Source: Craspedostauros australis (lineage: Eukaryota). From it: a DNA stretch of 62,200 nt. Positions 25,363 through 36,195 of this stretch are shown piece by piece. Below the pieces are notes generated by a model. It was not told the origin of the DNA. It saw only the letters and a program-made list of their open reading frames with translations, and ran no database searches. A program made the translations under genes and the position numbers. The stretch covers positions 1 through 62,200 of the forward strand of contig JALAGF010000009.1 of NCBI GenBank assembly GCA_030167865.1. The letters are read 5' to 3'. The first letter of the stretch is position 1; every line of letters starts with the position of its first letter.

Positions 25363-27918
25363 ATGACAGCACAGACAACCATGGCAACAGCATCGTCATC
25401 ATCAGCATCAACGACAACAGCGCCTGCGCCAGTCGTCACGTTCGATGCTGCAGCAATCAACCCACAGAAACACTTCGGAAGCACGAAAACCGACGGTCAC
25501 AATGGCGCCAACGGTAACAACGCCAACAATGGCAACAATGAGAATAGCAACGGCAACAGCGATGAAAACCCCACTGGAGACAAGCAGATGCCCGGCACAC
25601 CGGTGACGGTGGATTCCACTGCGGCCGACTCCACAGCCACAATACGAACCAGCCTCACCGTGGACATCCCCACGCCAAGGTCGCACAAGAACCGCCAGTT
25701 CCCGCAGCGCATTATTGGTGGAACCGTTGGCGGCAAGCCGGACACCCTTCGTATCAGCCCCAGATGCGTTCTGCCATCACCGTCCAGAGGCCGCATAGAT
25801 GCGCAGTACGCACGCAGATTGGCAAGGCCTCCGGTCGCACCTATCCCACCATCGTCATCGTCGTCATCATCACCGTCAGTGACGCACAATCAGCATGCGC
25901 ACATGGGCATGATTGACAATCTGAGAACACAAACGCCAGACTCAATGAACACACGCACAGATATGGATGCTGACATGAATATGAACGCAGGCAACGACAT
26001 GCAAATGAATGTTGGTACACGGATGCACCCGCAGATGAATCGACAGGATTCTGCAGAAATCCTCCCGCCTCCCACCGTCAATCGCCATGGGAAGGAGTTC
26101 ATATTCGATGCCAACCAAGCCAGCCAACCCGTCGGGAAGTTTCCGAGGCAACACGCTCCGCTGGTGTACTCGTCGGCACACATTCGATTATCCTCACCCA
26201 CGGCGTACACTCGCAGATCTCGCTTTGGATTCAGCCGTCGCAGCGGAAGAATCACCTCGCCCTCCTCAGTATCTTCATCGTCGCTCGTCGGACTTTACTC
26301 CAGTCAAATGGCAACGATTGATGGCAGCTTTTCGGATCGATTCATCCCATCGCGCGTCACGTCATCGTTGGACGTCGATCTGTGGGGATCGCGATACGAA
26401 CGCCGTTCGCGGTCGTCGAATCTGGCAGATGATTCTGACTCATCGTATGGCAACAACGCCAACGGCGGCAACAGCACTAACGCTACCAACCAGCAATCCA
26501 ATCAGACAACCGGAAGAAACTCCAACGGCGGCAACACCAATGGCGCCGATCCATCCACCAACACCCACGACTCCAGCAGCAACAGCAGCGGCAACAGCAG
26601 CAGCGGCGGCGGGAACAATCAGTATCCCCAGCAGACCATGCACAACGTGCTTCTCCGATCAGAGCTGTTGGGGGAAAATGTCCCAATGTATCCATCGTCG
26701 ATGGCCTCTGCTGAAGGAGGTCGCATGCGTCTCAATGGATCGTCACAGCCGCTGGGCGTCAGCGTCAACCAGTTCAGATACAACAGCGCGCGTCAGATGC
26801 ACCAGCGCGGCATCTTCTCCGCCTCTCGACGTGGTCCCGACTCCGTCCTCAACTCCTTCAACCTCACTCCAGTCGGCAGCGAGACCAGCCAGCGTTTGAT
26901 GTCGGTGCCGCAGAAGAGAAAGCGCCGCATCGCCAAAATACCCTTCAAGGTGCTCGACGCACCAGCGTTGCAGGATGACTTCTACCTCAACCTCGTCGAT
27001 TGGTCGGCACAGAACGTGCTTGCGGTCGGCCTCGGATCCTGCGTCTACCTGTGGAGCGCCTGCACTTCCAAGGTCACCAAGCTCTGCGATCTGTCTCAGA
27101 GCGAGGACATCGTCACGTCCGTCTCATGGGCCAACCGCGGCAACCACCTCGCCGTGGGCACCAACCGCGGAGAAGTGCAAATGTGGGATTGCATCAACTG
27201 CAAGAAGGAGCGCACCCTCACGGGTCACACAAACCGGGTGGGAACTCTCGCATGGAACGGACCCACGCTCGCAAGCGGCAGCCGAGATCGCATGATCTAC
27301 CTGCGTGATGTGCGCATGCAGGCACCCTACACGCACAGACTCAACGCGCACAAGCAGGAGGTCTGCGGACTGCGGTGGTCCTTCGACGAACCCTCCTTCC
27401 TCGCATCCGGCGGCAACGACAACCAGCTCCACGTCATCGACAGCCGCAACCCGACCCACACCCTGCACAACTTCCGGGAGCACACGGCCGCCGTCAAGGC
27501 CATCGCTTGGAGTCCGCACCAGCACGGTCTTCTGGCATCCGGAGGCGGCACAGCCGACCGCTGCATCCGCTTCTGGAACACGCTCAGCGGAACCAGCCTC
27601 AACTGCGTTGACACGGGCAGCCAGGTGTGCAACCTGGCCTGGTCCAAGAACTGCAACGAGATCGTCTCCACCCACGGGTACTCCCTCAATCAAATCGTCC
27701 TTTGGAGATACCCCAACATGAGCAAGGTCGCCACATTGACGGGGCACACATACCGCGTTCTCTACCTTTCCATGTCTCCCGACGGATCGACGATCGTGAC
27801 GGGTGCTGGAGACGAAACCTTGCGATTCTGGCAGGTCTTCCCAGGCCCGCGATCCGATGGTAACGACAGTGATGGTGGCCTCCTGTTCCCATCCACGCTG
27901 GGATCCGTCATCCGCTAG
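25363..27918 (+). CDS. CDH1: APC/C co-activator Cdh1/Fizzy-related (CCS52)
   Basis: C-box DRFIPSR, PFKVLDAPALQDDFYLNLVDWS, WD40 repeats (HKQEVCGLRW, GGGTADRCIRFWN, GAGDETLRFW), RVLYL motif and a C-terminal IR tail. Exact start uncertain. Confidence 0.93.
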   Translation: MTAQTTMATASSSSASTTTAPAPVVTFDAAAINPQKHFGSTKTDGHNGANGNNANNGNNENSNGNSDENPTGDKQMPGTPVTVDSTAADSTATIRTSLTVDIPTPRSHKNRQFPQRIIGGTVGGKPDTLRISPRCVLPSPSRGRIDAQYARRLARPPVAPIPPSSSSSSSPSVTHNQHAHMGMIDNLRTQTPDSMNTRTDMDADMNMNAGNDMQMNVGTRMHPQMNRQDSAEILPPPTVNRHGKEFIFDANQASQPVGKFPRQHAPLVYSSAHIRLSSPTAYTRRSRFGFSRRSGRITSPSSVSSSSLVGLYSSQMATIDGSFSDRFIPSRVTSSLDVDLWGSRYERRSRSSNLADDSDSSYGNNANGGNSTNATNQQSNQTTGRNSNGGNTNGADPSTNTHDSSSNSSGNSSSGGGNNQYPQQTMHNVLLRSELLGENVPMYPSSMASAEGGRMRLNGSSQPLGVSVNQFRYNSARQMHQRGIFSASRRGPDSVLNSFNLTPVGSETSQRLMSVPQKRKRRIAKIPFKVLDAPALQDDFYLNLVDWSAQNVLAVGLGSCVYLWSACTSKVTKLCDLSQSEDIVTSVSWANRGNHLAVGTNRGEVQMWDCINCKKERTLTGHTNRVGTLAWNGPTLASGSRDRMIYLRDVRMQAPYTHRLNAHKQEVCGLRWSFDEPSFLASGGNDNQLHVIDSRNPTHTLHNFREHTAAVKAIAWSPHQHGLLASGGGTADRCIRFWNTLSGTSLNCVDTGSQVCNLAWSKNCNEIVSTHGYSLNQIVLWRYPNMSKVATLTGHTYRVLYLSMSPDGSTIVTGAGDETLRFWQVFPGPRSDGNDSDGGLLFPSTLGSVIR

Positions 27919-28340
27919 AAAAAAGACGACGAGACGAAGGGCTTCGTTGCGTCACGATGCTCGCAATGGTCCAATCTGTCCACTCAACTTCACTCGAGAG
28001 CGCACAGTACTACAACTCCAATCGAATCCAATCCATTCCAAACAGGACGGACCGAAACCCCCATGAACAGAGCATGTGGGAGCAACAGAATTAATCAGAA
28101 TCATAAAAATAAGAACGTACAGGCTGACATTCACGTCGATAGACACTCATTACGATATCTTTGAGAGCGCAGCATGGATCACCATTCAGTCTTCCATTCT
28201 ATAATGCTGTATTCTTCTACTGTCTCTGTGTCTCTCCCTTTCTCCTTCGTTGTCTCTCTCTCTCTCTCTCTTTCCAGAAACAGAGAGGGAGGTATAGACT
28301 GTGTACTCCATGTGTTGTAAGTGTGCTCTACTCTACTGCA

Positions 28341-30697
28341 CTATCCATCCGATTCCATTTCCGACGACGGCCCTTCCGATCGCCGTTGCAATCGCTCCAC
28401 CTGCCGAATCCATTCCAATTCTTTGCGATGGTGATCCAACTTCATTTGCTCCATCGTCGCTTCGGCCTCTCGCAACGATGCCCGTGTCTTGCGCAAGTCC
28501 ACCTCCATCGATTCCGTCACGTTGACGTTGCTGAAGATGATCTGCCGCCGTTGCAGGTGTTGGTCGCGTTCGGTGTGAATGGTCTTCATCATGGTCTGCA
28601 GCCGCATCATGAGTTCTGCGATGACGGAATCGCGCTGCCGGATGCTTTTGTCGGCATGGTCGATGCCACAATCTTCGTACTGTTCCAGCTTGGCTTTGAG
28701 CAGAATGTTGTCCGATTGATGGGTCTCCAGCTGCTGCACGCGGAATTTGAGCTTCTCGTTATCTGTCGCCAACATATCACGTTCGAGCTGCACCTTTTCC
28801 AACTCGTCATGCAATCCGATCACCTCTTCGTTCCTCATCGATGCCTCTTCGTCCAATTCCTTGCACAGCGTGGAGTACTGCTGCAGCTTTGGCTGCATCT
28901 CCTGCTGCCATCGCATCTGCGAGTGCAGTACGTGAAGATATCAGCGTATTGCAAGGGATTGCATATGATTAGATGTTGGCCCCATGATGGAATGAGAAAT
29001 ATGGGTGTGAGGAACGAGCACATGAACAGAAGACATGGAATTTATTGGTGCATGCAGATCCCAAACCAGGAGAACCACGCCGCATCATTGCCTTGCAGAT
29101 ATGCATCCAAAGTGTCGTGATCACGAACTTGCATGAGCATGCATCGCTCCTGATCAGGCTTCACGAACATCCTCACCTTTTCTGCTGTCAATGCTTGGAT
29201 CTCCCGCTTGTGCTCTGCTGCCATTCTTGCCATTTGCAGTGTCATCATTTGGATGTGGTCCTGCTGATCATCGTTACTTTCCACGACCTGCGCACTCTCG
29301 GTTGTTGCGACCACTGGCATCATTGGCATCATTGGCTTTATTGACGACGATGACGGCGGTGCGGCGGCTTCAGATTGTTGTGCGAGTGATAACGAAGCGG
29401 GTGCAGATGTTATCGGCGTGAACGATGTGTTCGTCGAATCCTCGCTCGCAGCTCCGCTCGCAGCAGCATCATGACTGTCCCGTAGCGACGCCTCGTATTG
29501 CAGTGCAAGATTCCGGACAACCTCCAGGTCTTCACGGCTCTGTTCGAGATCATGCTCCAGCTTTTCGCACTTCATGCAGGGAGCCGGGGCATCTACAAAT
29601 GGAAATCGAAGCGACAGACGGCTACCGGATTTTGGCGACAGAAAGGATGACTCCGTCTTCTTGCCGCTCTGCTGGGTTCTCCCATCCGCGCGCGCTTGGC
29701 GAACCCTGGATGGCTCTGAATTGACCCCGCGTGATGCGACGGATGAGGAACTGCCAGCAATCCGCTGATTTTGTGATGCGTGGTTCGGCCTGGCGTTTTT
29801 ATTGGCCTGGCCAAGGCGTGCAGTGGAATGGTGCTGATCGATATTCGCACCGAAAAATCCTGTGACGAAGCTCAGCGACGACTCCTCATTTGGTACAGGT
29901 GGTGCGTTTTGTCGCGATTGCTTTCCTTGTCGTTGTCGTTGCGGTTGTTGCTGGAGTGGTTGCTGTTGCTTCTTCTGCTGTTGTCGATCTTGTGAATGTC
30001 GCTGCTGCCGCTTCGGTTCCTGTGCTTCATATTGCTGGTGCTGCTTTTGCTGTTCTCTCATTTTTTGCTGTTGCGATTCTTGCGGCTGTCGAAATGTTGC
30101 CGCTGCTTCATTCCTTACCACATCTTGGTTCTTGTTGTGACTGTCGTTAATGTGAACGACGTCGTCATTATCGTCATTATCGTCAATATCATGATCATGA
30201 TCATGATCGTCCTCCTCCATCATATCTTGCGAGAGGCTTTGGAGTGCCGATTCTCCCGTGTGGTCGGTCTGATTCCACATCAGGTCGTCTGTACTGCCGA
30301 GGGACAGGCTCTTTTGGTTTCTCGTCCCGGTGGCAGAAATGGAGGCTCTTGATTCCTTTATTCTTCCCTTGCGTCTCGATGCTGCCGTCGAAAACCTCCT
30401 CTGCTGCAGTCGTCTCATCTTCCGACCGCTCAGCCGTCGCGGCGTCGTCACGTGCGCAAGAGAACTGGAGGTGGAATGCGTAGCGCTGCTGCTGGACGGC
30501 GGTGTCGCGGGCGCGTTGAACTGAGACTGCCGCCTGTGACCGCTGTCGCTCTGATCCGCGTTGCTGCTGTTTGCGGTGCCATCCTGAACGTTGCGCTGAT
30601 CGCTGTGAGACGAGACGGATGATTGTGAGGGTGGAAACACCACATGCTTCGAGTTCACCTTCACCCAAGCATTCAGCCAGCCTTGACCCAGGGGCAT
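28341..30697 (-). CDS. Hypothetical low-complexity/coiled-coil protein; exons 30697-29177, 28916-28341
   Basis: A phase-0 GTGAGG...GCAG intron (29176-28917) joins ...ALTAEK to MRWQQ.... Q/S/D-rich N-half, CMKC motif, heptad-rich C-terminus. Confidence 0.7.
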
Positions 30698-32059
30698 GAT
30701 GCATCTGGCAATGTGAAGCGGCGAGGGTCTTCTCCAGCAGTCGTGTGCTCGAGTGTGTGATACAAGTTATTGGCAGGTTACCGCCACTTCAGGAGCAGCA
30801 ATGGTGATGGCAACAAGGCCTGCCTTTGCCGTCCACAACTGCCGCGTCCTTCTCGCTCGGAATAGCCGCTCCAATACAATGCCAGAAGAATTCACGAGTG
30901 TGGTACGAGCTGGAACAAGTAGTCGTACAGTATTGCACGCTCTATGGTGCTCGTATGTTGCATCAACAAGCGTGGTGCTCTGCTCAACTCTATTCAACTC
31001 AACTCAATGGTAAGACTAAATGATGCTGGGTGGCCTCCAGAGTATGCACCAAGGCTAGGGATGTCCATTTGAGGATGACATCCGTCCATCAGCGAAGCCT
31101 CACGCCCACGCTCACGCACTCGAAGACTCATGCACTCACACCACCTCCAACAGCATCCGGTTTCTTCCCAATGACCATGCCAAGACTCCGTGTCATTCCA
31201 CAGAACAACGCCAGAATCGTGGGACAGATTCGGAATTTGTGAAAATTGTGGTTGTGATTTGCCGAGGAGGCCTCGTGACGTCATCAGATGGAACGATCAC
31301 GTCAACAGAGCGTCAACAACAGGCACTCTCCACTTGTCCGCTTTTCGGGAAAGAGTTCTGCATCACTCCGACACGACATGACACAACCATCTTCGGAATT
31401 CCGTGTCCGTTACTTCTTCTTTGTCCGTGTACATGGATGGCAGCGACACGAAATGAGAAACGAGAAACGAAATGGATGTCACGGTAAATTGTGTCACGTG
31501 ACGTTATTGGACAGGTGTGACACGGGTATTCCTTGTCTTTGTTCACATCGGAGAATCGTTCGCTTTTGCCATTTACCTATGGACAGACCTAATATGTGTT
31601 CCACGAGCCATGTGACGCAGATGACGTACAAACTATATATTTGCCATATTAAAACGGTAGACTTCATTCGTTCCAACCATCGTTGTCGAAAACAACTCAC
31701 TCTCTTTTTAGTTGTGCGTGTGTCGTGGCAACAACTCAGATCAGGCGAAAACGCGTTGATTTGGATTTGTGGCCGCCGTGAGTGTGTGGTACGTTGTTGA
31801 AAGTGTTACCTATCGCCATTGTTGATGTTGGCACAATCAGCATCGACGAAGTCGCAGAGGAACATATGTACTCGTAGACTATTATATAGTACATACCAGT
31901 CACATTCGGACCGAGCGCAACCATTCCAACCAAGCAAGCAACCGATGCATCAGCTCCAGAATCAACAAGGAGCCCATTGCCACAGTGCGCTTGCCAGGAA
32001 GTAGGGCAGGAGGGGAGTGGAGTTGAGTGGAACAGCGCAGGCCGCAGCAGGAGGCCATT

Positions 32060-35000
32060 ATGATCAGAGCCAACCGACATGCGCTTTGGAGGGGCAGAGC
32101 ACGTTGCCTTCGGCCGGCTCCGAATGCTCCTTCAAGCGTCTGCCATCTTGACTCGCAGCTTCGGTCAAGCCACTGGGATCTTCGCAGTCGCTCGCCTCGC
32201 TTGATCCCCACGGCAACGCCAACCGCATCATCGATGCTACGGCGGCGTTGGCTGAGCACGTCAAACGAGAATGGTTCGGATTCCTCCGCACGCAACCAGA
32301 AACAGTGGAACGGGCGCGAACGTAGACCTCAGCAGCAATCCAGTCCCAGCGGAGACGCAAGCAAATCGCTGCGGTCCCAACCGCTGACGTTGAACGAGGC
32401 CACGCAAAAGCTCAAGTCGATCTCATCACTGGCATTGTCCAAAGTTCGGCCGTTGCCATCCATCTTTGACCAAGCTTCTGCACCGACAACCGCAGGCACA
32501 GCCATATCATCAGAAGCTTCGTCATCGACATCATCATCATTGCCGCCACTGTCATCTTCTGTATCGGCGGCAAGTGAGTCACTCAGCGACGCCGACCTCA
32601 AGCAACGGTTCCAGCTACTAGTCGACACAAACACCTTATTCGATTCGTTGGTAGGATCTGTCGAATCTGGAAGGCTCAACCCATCCGGAAAGCATGGCAA
32701 GACTCTCTCCAGTTTCTGCGACATCATCTTGTGGATCTATTCGACCTACGTGCCGCCCACCGCCCAACTCCAGGAGCATGGCATCTCCATCCACGCCTTC
32801 TGCAAGCGGGTGCTCAGGACGATGCAAGATGATTGGAATCTCGATCTGAGCCAAACACAGTACAATGCCGCCATCCAAATCGCGCTTCGGGAAGAACGGT
32901 GGGAAGATGCCAGCTCCCTGTTCCTGAAGCAGATCGATCCTGAGGCCGGTCACAATCCTGTCGCTATTGACGTCAACAACCCGATGGGCTTGTACGCCAT
33001 CGCGATGTACCACGGCAACAAGAACATTGACAGCAACCCTAACCCTAATCAGCAACAAGAACAGCAATCACAATACCAACCGCAAGCACAGCATGATGGC
33101 GATGTGGCCGAAGCACCGATCACAGAGGAGAGCACGGCAGAAGCCGTGGTCCCACCATCGACGGAAGCAGCGGAACGGGTATTGGACGGAGTGCGCTGTC
33201 TGCACATGGTGGCGGCACAAGATCGACGGACGTATTTGCTGGCGGCAGGCAGTGCGCTTGCGCATGCGAATGAAGCCCAGGGACTGCTGCAACTTTGGCA
33301 AGACAACGCGAGTGCTCTGGCAGACGAGTTTTCTGATGACATCGTGCCTGCCATGATGCTGGCGTGCATTCAGTCCGGTGACAAGCAGCAGGCCTGGTCC
33401 CTCTTCCAGCTATTGAGCGAGGCCATTTCCCAGCAAGAGGAATGGCAATGGGGCGGTTCCAGCGACCGCATGGACCCCCTGCTACGGGATTTGGGGATGC
33501 GATCGTGCGGTTCCGAATTCGATCAGAGCGCCACGGCGGTGCGATTGTTCCATGACGCGCTTGATTTGGATGTACCCATCAGCATGGACGCTTTTTTGGG
33601 CACACTGGCGGCTTGCGAACAGGACAGGAACTGGCAAGACGCAGTCTTGCTCTTCGTCACGGTTCTTGATCGATTGGACGAGGGCAGATCTGTGTTGGTG
33701 CCGTCCAGGATGGTGCTGGCATCTGCCAGCGACTCGTTTCGTGCCTCACCGCAGGACACGTCGCGATCCACGCAGCGTGACGAGCTGCACGCGCTCACGC
33801 AAGGAATCGCCTGCATCCTTCACACATGCAACGCGGCCTACAAGGGTGGCGTTGGCATGTTCTGCCTCCGGCTTCTGGACATGCAGCTATCGCGGCAACC
33901 GCAGTACAAGAATGTCAGTTCCACCCATGCAACAGGCGGTCTCGAATCGCCACTGGAGGCTTCGCTGTGGAACTCGATGTCGAAGCTATCGGATCCCATG
34001 TCCGTGCTGCTGCCGACGATGGCATCTCTCTGCTTGCTGCGTTGCCACGAACAGGCGTTCTCCATGTACGACCACTTGAAGGAGAAAGGCTTCGTTGTGG
34101 CGACAGAAGCGACGGATGAATACTGCGAAACCCTCAAGCAGCGCATGGCTCGGTACGATCGCAAGCCGGTGGGGAATTCATGGGAAAGCGCCAGTCGGCA
34201 CATGCACCGCTTCACTTCGATGTTAGACGTCATCGAAGCGAATCCAGCGTTGATAAAGTCACCACGAGTCCGTGCAATTCTGTACTCGGCGCTAGCATCT
34301 GCAATGCGAGCCTCCACGGTCTCGCGGCAGCCTGAGAACGCGCTGTTGCTGTATGAATGGGTGGGTCAGGCGCTGACGAAGGATGGCAACAGTTCTACAC
34401 TCGCCGAGTCCATCCAGTCCATTCTGCGGTTTTCGAAAGCATGTAGGCGTTCTAATGCGAACAGCACCGATCCCACCACCGACGTCGGCACCAGCACTGG
34501 TCCCATTGCATTCAGCGATTTGGAGAACGTGGACATTCTGGCCGCGGAAAAGATCAACGCCCAGCGTTGGATGACCAATCGCAGAGACAGCAGCCAGAAA
34601 ATAGACGAGGTGGAGAGCATTTTAGTGGAAGGCACCGAGGCAGTGCCCAGGGCTGTTCTGTCTTCCAGCATCGAGGTGCTGCTTGCCAAGGGGCGGGCGG
34701 ACGACGCGCTGCAGCTGTACATCAGCTTGGATGGCAGCCAGAAGACGCCGGGCATGTATGTGTTCCTCGCGGAGTACTTTGCGACACAGGAAGAATGGAA
34801 TCAGGTGATGAAGCTGTACCAAGATGCTGGTGGCTGGGGATGCGCGTCGGAGAACCTGGCCTCCATCGCGATGAAGGCAGTCACAGGAGCCCAAGGGGTC
34901 GATCAACTCACCAAGCTCCGAGACATCGTGGACGACTCAGCGAAGCTGTGCGGCGTCGCACCCATCGAGTGGATGGAGAGTCGGTACTGGCACCTCAAGA

Positions 35001-35530
35001 AGACCGTCGGCTACCAGCTCGCGCGGAAACTGCTGTTCTGGGGCGACAAGTCGTTCCACCTGGACGAACTGCAGCTCGCCATCGAAGAAATGGCCAAGCG
35101 CAAGAAGCTCGGTCTGCGCGCCAGGAACGAAGGTGTGCGGGCGATCGTGCGGTCCGCAAGGTATTTCCATCCCAGATCGATTCCTCCGCACCACAAAGCG
35201 ATCGCGCTGGTTCCGCGCAGCTCGACGCAATGGATATCGTTGATCTGCTTCGTGCTGGATGACATCGTCGCATCAGCATCGTCACTACGGACCGATCGGT
35301 ACTTCTTGTCGGATTTGTACCAGGCCCTTGGCAGGCTGGGTTATGGTAGCATCGATTTTAGCGCCAATGCCAATACCAACGCCAGTGTCCAGGGTGAAAG
35401 CGATGGCCTCGATGGCAATGCAAGTCCTGACGCCGGCGAGAAGGCAAGACCCAAGATCTCGTTTGAAATATTGAGACAGCACTTCAATGATCTGCATGGT
35501 GCGACGACGCCCGATGGAAGTGATGAATAG
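32060..35530 (+). CDS. Helical-repeat (PPR-like) protein, probably mitochondrial
   Basis: 1150+ aa ORF with an Arg/Ser-rich, acid-poor N-terminus (...RRRWLSTS). Degenerate PPR-like units QYNAAIQIALREERWEDASSLF, FLGTLAACEQDRNWQDAVLLF and SSIEVLLAKGRADDALQLY. Confidence 0.6.
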   Translation: MIRANRHALWRGRARCLRPAPNAPSSVCHLDSQLRSSHWDLRSRSPRLIPTATPTASSMLRRRWLSTSNENGSDSSARNQKQWNGRERRPQQQSSPSGDASKSLRSQPLTLNEATQKLKSISSLALSKVRPLPSIFDQASAPTTAGTAISSEASSSTSSSLPPLSSSVSAASESLSDADLKQRFQLLVDTNTLFDSLVGSVESGRLNPSGKHGKTLSSFCDIILWIYSTYVPPTAQLQEHGISIHAFCKRVLRTMQDDWNLDLSQTQYNAAIQIALREERWEDASSLFLKQIDPEAGHNPVAIDVNNPMGLYAIAMYHGNKNIDSNPNPNQQQEQQSQYQPQAQHDGDVAEAPITEESTAEAVVPPSTEAAERVLDGVRCLHMVAAQDRRTYLLAAGSALAHANEAQGLLQLWQDNASALADEFSDDIVPAMMLACIQSGDKQQAWSLFQLLSEAISQQEEWQWGGSSDRMDPLLRDLGMRSCGSEFDQSATAVRLFHDALDLDVPISMDAFLGTLAACEQDRNWQDAVLLFVTVLDRLDEGRSVLVPSRMVLASASDSFRASPQDTSRSTQRDELHALTQGIACILHTCNAAYKGGVGMFCLRLLDMQLSRQPQYKNVSSTHATGGLESPLEASLWNSMSKLSDPMSVLLPTMASLCLLRCHEQAFSMYDHLKEKGFVVATEATDEYCETLKQRMARYDRKPVGNSWESASRHMHRFTSMLDVIEANPALIKSPRVRAILYSALASAMRASTVSRQPENALLLYEWVGQALTKDGNSSTLAESIQSILRFSKACRRSNANSTDPTTDVGTSTGPIAFSDLENVDILAAEKINAQRWMTNRRDSSQKIDEVESILVEGTEAVPRAVLSSSIEVLLAKGRADDALQLYISLDGSQKTPGMYVFLAEYFATQEEWNQVMKLYQDAGGWGCASENLASIAMKAVTGAQGVDQLTKLRDIVDDSAKLCGVAPIEWMESRYWHLKKTVGYQLARKLLFWGDKSFHLDELQLAIEEMAKRKKLGLRARNEGVRAIVRSARYFHPRSIPPHHKAIALVPRSSTQWISLICFVLDDIVASASSLRTDRYFLSDLYQALGRLGYGSIDFSANANTNASVQGESDGLDGNASPDAGEKARPKISFEILRQHFNDLHGATTPDGSDE

Positions 35531-36195
35531 TGCGCACGTCCGCACGCCGCACGGATAGTTTAGTCCGATAGATATCACGCACGCCTTCTGCGTCCCCCAT
35601 TATTGGATCACATACTACTGTATAATCGCATGGTAGTTGGCGTTGCGGTGCGTCTTTCCGAAGTGGCGAAGATCGTTCTGGGTTGCGGCCCCCTTCGCAA
35701 GTCGGCAACGCTGCTGCGGATGATGACAATGGCGGGATGCTTGATAGGTACATCTGATTGGTACATCTACTTCGTATTTCTTATTTTGATCTGATGTCCT
35801 TCATCTCATCTTCTACCCAATGGATTATAGTAGTCGTACGAGTAAGGACTACTCCACTCTGATCGTGCGGAGGAGTGCTGCCCGAGTACTATTCTGTGCG
35901 TACGTCCGTTCTGCTTGGCCTCCCTCTTTGACATCCCGTTGGATCATGTCAGCGTTGTTCCTTCTTCGCGCCATTTTTGTAGGTATCTCCCAGTCACGAA
36001 CTGAATCTGCCCGTGCGAGTCCATCGGTGGTGTGTTGTCCGAATCACGAATGAAAACTGCGAACGCGGTCGCAAACACGACAAAAAATGTGGGTGAAAAA
36101 GAGGCACGGAGTTGCTGTTGGCGTGTTTGCGATTGGCGAATCCGTTGCCGGATTGCAGTGCGTGACTGCTGGGTGTCAAGGGAGAGAGAGGAAGG

